This document shows positions 60,613 through 64,000 of a stretch of DNA of 64,000 nt, piece by piece. Origin of the DNA: Pyrodictiaceae archaeon. GTDB taxonomy: Archaea > Thermoproteota > Thermoprotei_A > Sulfolobales > WAQK01. The stretch's first letter is position 1, and every line of letters begins with the position of its first letter. Under the pieces are notes generated by a model. The model ran no database searches. It saw only the letters and a program-made list of their open reading frames with translations, and had not been told where the DNA came from. The position numbers and the translations under genes were made by a program. Location of the stretch: the NCBI GenBank assembly GCA_015520265.1, contig WAQK01000094.1, positions 28,555 through 92,554 of the forward strand, given 5' to 3'.

Positions 60613-62544
60613 CTAGACTCCCACCACCGCATACTTCTGCTTGAATCCTAGTGTTACGAGTGTAATTACTGTTAACTGGATAATTATTAGTAGCACGCCC
60701 AGCGCGGCGGTGACAGGGATCGCCTGCACCTCCGCCAGGTAGGCGTTCTTCATGTAGAAGGTGAGAGGCGCATACTCGTGCTTTATGCCGCCTACAGTGA
60801 TGCTGACGCTCACCTCGGTGACACAGTAGATGAAGCTCACCATGGCCCCGCTCAGTATGTTCAATGCTATCAGGGGCAACACTATGGTGCCTATAGTTCT
60901 CAGCCTCCCTGAGCCGAGGTTCATGGCGGCCTCCTCCAGGGCCACGTGGGTCTGCTGGAGCCCTGCGAAGACGGCCCTAGCCGTGAAGGGCAGCTTCCTG
61001 ATGGCGTACGCTATTATGAGGAGCGCCGCGGGGTTGAACTTGGCCAGATCAGTGGGGTCCAGCAGGGTCCCCCTGAAGGCCGAGGAGAAGAAGAACACAT
61101 AGCTCACCGCCACGGCGAGACCCGGCATGGCTATGGGCAGGGTTATCAAGGTATCTATTATGCTGAGCCCAGGCAGCCTGGCCCTGGAGACGGCATAGGA
61201 GGCCGTGAGGGCCACCAGCACTATTATCACAAGTGCGGCCAACGAGTACTTGAGGCTGTTTATCACGTAGACGTTGACACTGGGATCCTTGAACACCTTG
61301 ACCATGTACTCCAGCGTGGCGCCCTCAGGTCTCAGGCCGTCCCAGTACTTGGGATCAATTATGCTGGGAAGCGGGCCGCGCCACTCCTTGGAGAAGGCTG
61401 TGGCTATGACGCCGAACTGGGGAAGCGCCGTGAACACTATGAGGGGCAGGATGACCAGGTATATCACCAGGAGGCCCTTAAGCCCGGGCCTCGAGACCCT
61501 GGGCTTCCACCTGCCGCCCCTGCTGATCATGGCGTAGCTCTTCAGACTCACGTATCTGCGTATGATTATGAAGCCTGTGGCCGCTATGAAGAGGAGGAGC
61601 ACGGCTAGCGCGGCCACCTCTGCGCTGAGCTGCCCCGTCATGTTGATGAACTCGTTGTAGATCTTATAGCTGATCAGCCTCTCGGCGCTACCTCTGAACA
61701 CTATGGGTGCCCCGAGGTCCTCGAGGCTGAATATGAAGATGAGGGTGGCGCCAGCCGCTATGCCCGGCATGGCTAGGGGCAGGGTTACTGTCCTGAAGAG
61801 CCTGAACCCCCTGGCTCCGAGGTTCTCCGCCTGCTCCTCCATGCTGGGGTCTATGTTGATGAGGCTAGAGTATATGTTGAGATAGGCTATGGGGAAGTAA
61901 GTCATGGTCTGGGCGAGGGCCACGCCAGCGTAGCCCTCTATCCTGAGCCTCCAGGGGAGTATGTGGAGCACGTCGTGGAGGAGCCACGAGACCAGACCAT
62001 CCTCCAGGAAGAGCTTCTTCACTACATAAGCGTTAATGAAGGGTGTGACGAGCATCGGGACAACGGCCAGTATCCTGAAGAATCTTTTCCCGGGAAACTC
62101 GTAGCGGGCGAGAACGAAGGCTATTATGAGGCCCAGGGTGGTGGCTGCGAAGGTTACACTGGTGGCAACTATCAGGGAGTTGAGTATTATCCCGTAGTCC
62201 TTGCCCCTGATAACGAGGGTAGCCATGGTTTCGGGCGCCAGCCTGGGCCTGTGGATGTAATAGAACTCGCCCGTACCCTGGAGGTTGACGTACTCCTTGC
62301 TTTGGAAGAGCGTGCGGAACCACTGGAGGGAAAGCTCGCCGTGGTAGAAGAAGGCCTCCTTGAGGGTGGAGGCGAGGGGTGCCAGGAGGAACACAGTCAT
62401 GACGATGAGGGGGAAAGCCATGAAGGAGATCAGCGTTAGGTCGAGCTGGCTAGCTATGACCCTGGCATTAGGCATGGAGATGTGGGGGAGCCGTGCGGAT
62501 GCTCTGAAAAAACGTTTGTTTTTCGGGTCAGCCATGCTATCCAC
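60613..62544 (-). CDS. ABC transporter permease, duplicated two-domain type (FbpB-like)
   Basis: 643 aa with about 12 TM helices. It abuts the ATPase gene and overlaps the binding-protein gene. Confidence 0.8.
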   Translation of the reverse strand: MDSMADPKNKRFFRASARLPHISMPNARVIASQLDLTLISFMAFPLIVMTVFLLAPLASTLKEAFFYHGELSLQWFRTLFQSKEYVNLQGTGEFYYIHRPRLAPETMATLVIRGKDYGIILNSLIVATSVTFAATTLGLIIAFVLARYEFPGKRFFRILAVVPMLVTPFINAYVVKKLFLEDGLVSWLLHDVLHILPWRLRIEGYAGVALAQTMTYFPIAYLNIYSSLINIDPSMEEQAENLGARGFRLFRTVTLPLAMPGIAAGATLIFIFSLEDLGAPIVFRGSAERLISYKIYNEFINMTGQLSAEVAALAVLLLFIAATGFIIIRRYVSLKSYAMISRGGRWKPRVSRPGLKGLLVIYLVILPLIVFTALPQFGVIATAFSKEWRGPLPSIIDPKYWDGLRPEGATLEYMVKVFKDPSVNVYVINSLKYSLAALVIIVLVALTASYAVSRARLPGLSIIDTLITLPIAMPGLAVAVSYVFFFSSAFRGTLLDPTDLAKFNPAALLIIAYAIRKLPFTARAVFAGLQQTHVALEEAAMNLGSGRLRTIGTIVLPLIALNILSGAMVSFIYCVTEVSVSITVGGIKHEYAPLTFYMKNAYLAEVQAIPVTAALGVLLIIIQLTVITLVTLGFKQKYAVVGV

Positions 62545-64000
62545 CTAGCTCCTGCAGTACCTCATTATACCTGGCTATCGCGGCGTCGCGCCAGGCAGAC
62601 TTGATGGCGTTGTAGAAGGTTGGGTCCGTCTTCAGCTTCTCGTTTATGGATATCGCGTACTCCCTGGTGAACTTGACTGTCTGGCCGGTAGAAGGGTCAA
62701 CGAAGGTCAGCGGCTCGCCAAGCCTGCTAATATAGTACTGGAGCTGCTCGTCGGTGAGCTGGCCGGAGTAGTATAGGTCTACTATCTTGGACCAGACCTG
62801 CTGGAGCTCGCTGTGTGCCTGGACCAGGACTGCTGAGAAGTACTCCTGCATAGCCCTCTCCCAGAGGAGCGCCTCGGTGTCGTTGAACGGTATGCTGGCC
62901 AGGTTCAGCGTCTTCTCGAACCTCTCCTTGAGGTCGGGCCTCTTGGCGCCCTCCTCGGTGTCGAACACCCTGGGGTTGGCGGGCATCCTGTTGACGTCCT
63001 CCTTAAGCCAGATCTGCTGCCCGCCGAACTCGGAGAGCACCCAGGCTATGAAGGCCTGGGCGTGCTCGGGGTGCTTGGACTTGGTGAGCAGCGCTATGGG
63101 GTCGCCGTTGATTATCGACTCGCCGTTGGGGATTATGTACTCGCAGTCGGGGTTGAGCTGCATGGCCGTGTAGCCGTAGAAGTCTATGGTTATGCCTACA
63201 GCGATCTCGCCGTTTATCACTCCCAGCCTCACCGCGTCGCTGGCGTCATAGATCCTCGAGTTGGCTGCCATGATGGTGAGGACCTTCCAGCCCTCCTCCC
63301 AGCCGTAGGCCTGGAGTATGATCTCGTACATCCTGGTGTTGCTGGTGCTCTTGGTGGGGTCAGCTATACCCACGGCAGGTGTAGGCAGGGTTGAGGCGAG
63401 CTCTATGGAGGCCAGGTCGCGCCACTTCTGGGGCATGGGTAGGCCCCACTCCTCGAGCTTGGCGTGGTTAACGGTGAAGCCGAAGGACGATATGGCAGCA
63501 GCTATCCACATCAGGTTCCCGTTCTCGTCGAACCTCTTCATGGGCACACCGCTTATCTCATCAGGTATCTTCTGGGCCTCGTAGAGCACGGCGGGAGATG
63601 TTAGGGGCGCGACGTATCCGAGCCTCAGGATCTCGTCGAAGATCGTGGGTCCTCCTCCCCACGCCACGTCGATGTCGCTCCTACTAATATAATAGGACCA
63701 GAGGCCAGGACCTACCTGAAGGAATTTTATGTCCTTTATACCCAGCCTCTTAGCCACCTCGCTCTGCAGGAACATCTGCTTAACATAGTTCTGAATTGTT
63801 ACATCATGCCTCGTGATAATGACCAGGGTCACATCCTTTTCCGTTATCCGGGACTCAACCTCGTCGAGCCATGGGAATTCCTTAGATGTTGGCTGGGTAA
63901 ATGTTATCGAGGTCGTCGTAGTCGTTGTGGTAGTTGTTGTCGTTGTTGTGGTTTCTGTGGGTGGTGTTGTGGTGGTTGTTGTCGTGGTGGTCGTGGTTGT
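62537..64000 (-). CDS. ABC transporter substrate-binding protein with an N-terminal poly-Thr linker, 5'-truncated by the window edge
   Basis: The ORF track starts at GTG 63832, but the frame is open with no stop to nt 64000. That region encodes T12-PPTE-T14-SITFTQPTSKEFPWLDEVESRITEKD. The body resembles family-1 Fe3+/polyamine-type binding proteins. Confidence 0.75.
   Translation of the reverse strand, partial: TTTTTTTTTTTTPPTETTTTTTTTTTTTTTSITFTQPTSKEFPWLDEVESRITEKDVTLVIITRHDVTIQNYVKQMFLQSEVAKRLGIKDIKFLQVGPGLWSYYISRSDIDVAWGGGPTIFDEILRLGYVAPLTSPAVLYEAQKIPDEISGVPMKRFDENGNLMWIAAAISSFGFTVNHAKLEEWGLPMPQKWRDLASIELASTLPTPAVGIADPTKSTSNTRMYEIILQAYGWEEGWKVLTIMAANSRIYDASDAVRLGVINGEIAVGITIDFYGYTAMQLNPDCEYIIPNGESIINGDPIALLTKSKHPEHAQAFIAWVLSEFGGQQIWLKEDVNRMPANPRVFDTEEGAKRPDLKERFEKTLNLASIPFNDTEALLWERAMQEYFSAVLVQAHSELQQVWSKIVDLYYSGQLTDEQLQYYISRLGEPLTFVDPSTGQTVKFTREYAISINEKLKTDPTFYNAIKSAWRDAAIARYNEVLQELGG
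63912..64000 (-). repeat. Poly-threonine coding tract at the N-terminal linker of the binding protein
   Basis: Read directly. It shares a 29-nt identical string with the tract at 55080-55108. Confidence 0.85.

Noticed and set aside
1-64000. A window-wide search for rRNA, tRNA, CRISPR arrays, integrases, transposases or prophage genes.
   Set aside because: I found no conserved tRNA T-loop strings in intergenic DNA, no regularly spaced repeats, and no recombinase or transposase motifs in any ORF. The window looks like core chromosome. This was visual inspection only, so tRNAscan, Infernal and minCED would be needed for certainty.

Overview
This is a dense 64-kb chromosomal window from a GC-rich archaeon, most likely a hyperthermophilic crenarchaeon of Desulfurococcales type. 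That guess rests on gene content (Hjc resolvase, Taw1 and Taw3, ribosomal protein L13e, Tfx, CTP-type riboflavin kinase, archaeal type II GAPDH, a geranylgeranyl-reductase homologue, a Tes-like radical SAM enzyme) and on codon usage (AGG/AGA for Arg, ATA for Ile, GC-rich third positions). I cannot name the species from the sequence alone. I call about 73 protein-coding genes. Many use GTG or TTG starts, and several are joined by 4-nt GTGA/ATGA overlaps. Short AT-rich intergenic regions carry TATA-like boxes. By eye I found no rRNA, tRNA, CRISPR array, integrase or transposase. Recognisable content:
- tRNA modification: taw3, ttuA-like, taw1, and a Trbp111-like tRNA-binding protein.
- Central metabolism: a pgk-gap operon, purA-purB, panE-panB and ribK.
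- Transport: two paralogous binding-protein ABC operons, one of them TbpA/thiamine-like.
- Iron uptake: a feoB / small Cys-rich ORF / dtxR module with an iron-box-like palindrome upstream.
- Redox and oxidative stress: rubrerythrin, NADH oxidase, thioredoxin and an Isf-like flavoprotein.
- Surface proteins: three with poly-threonine stalks.
The best candidate for an undescribed system is an island at 18.4-24.7 kb with four radical-SAM genes. It includes a translationally coupled PflX-like / 146-aa unknown / COG1031-like unit, next to a Tes-like gene and divergent from taw1. Secondary leads:
- A 56-aa Cys-rich ORF in the feoB-dtxR operon, too short for the ORF track.
- Three strong palindromic elements in promoter regions.
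- A tandem pair of nucleotidyltransferase-fold paralogues.
- A secreted, ATPase-less Lon (S16) protease operon.
- Bactofilin-like and PA14-domain proteins.
All functional calls come from motif recognition by eye. No database search was run.
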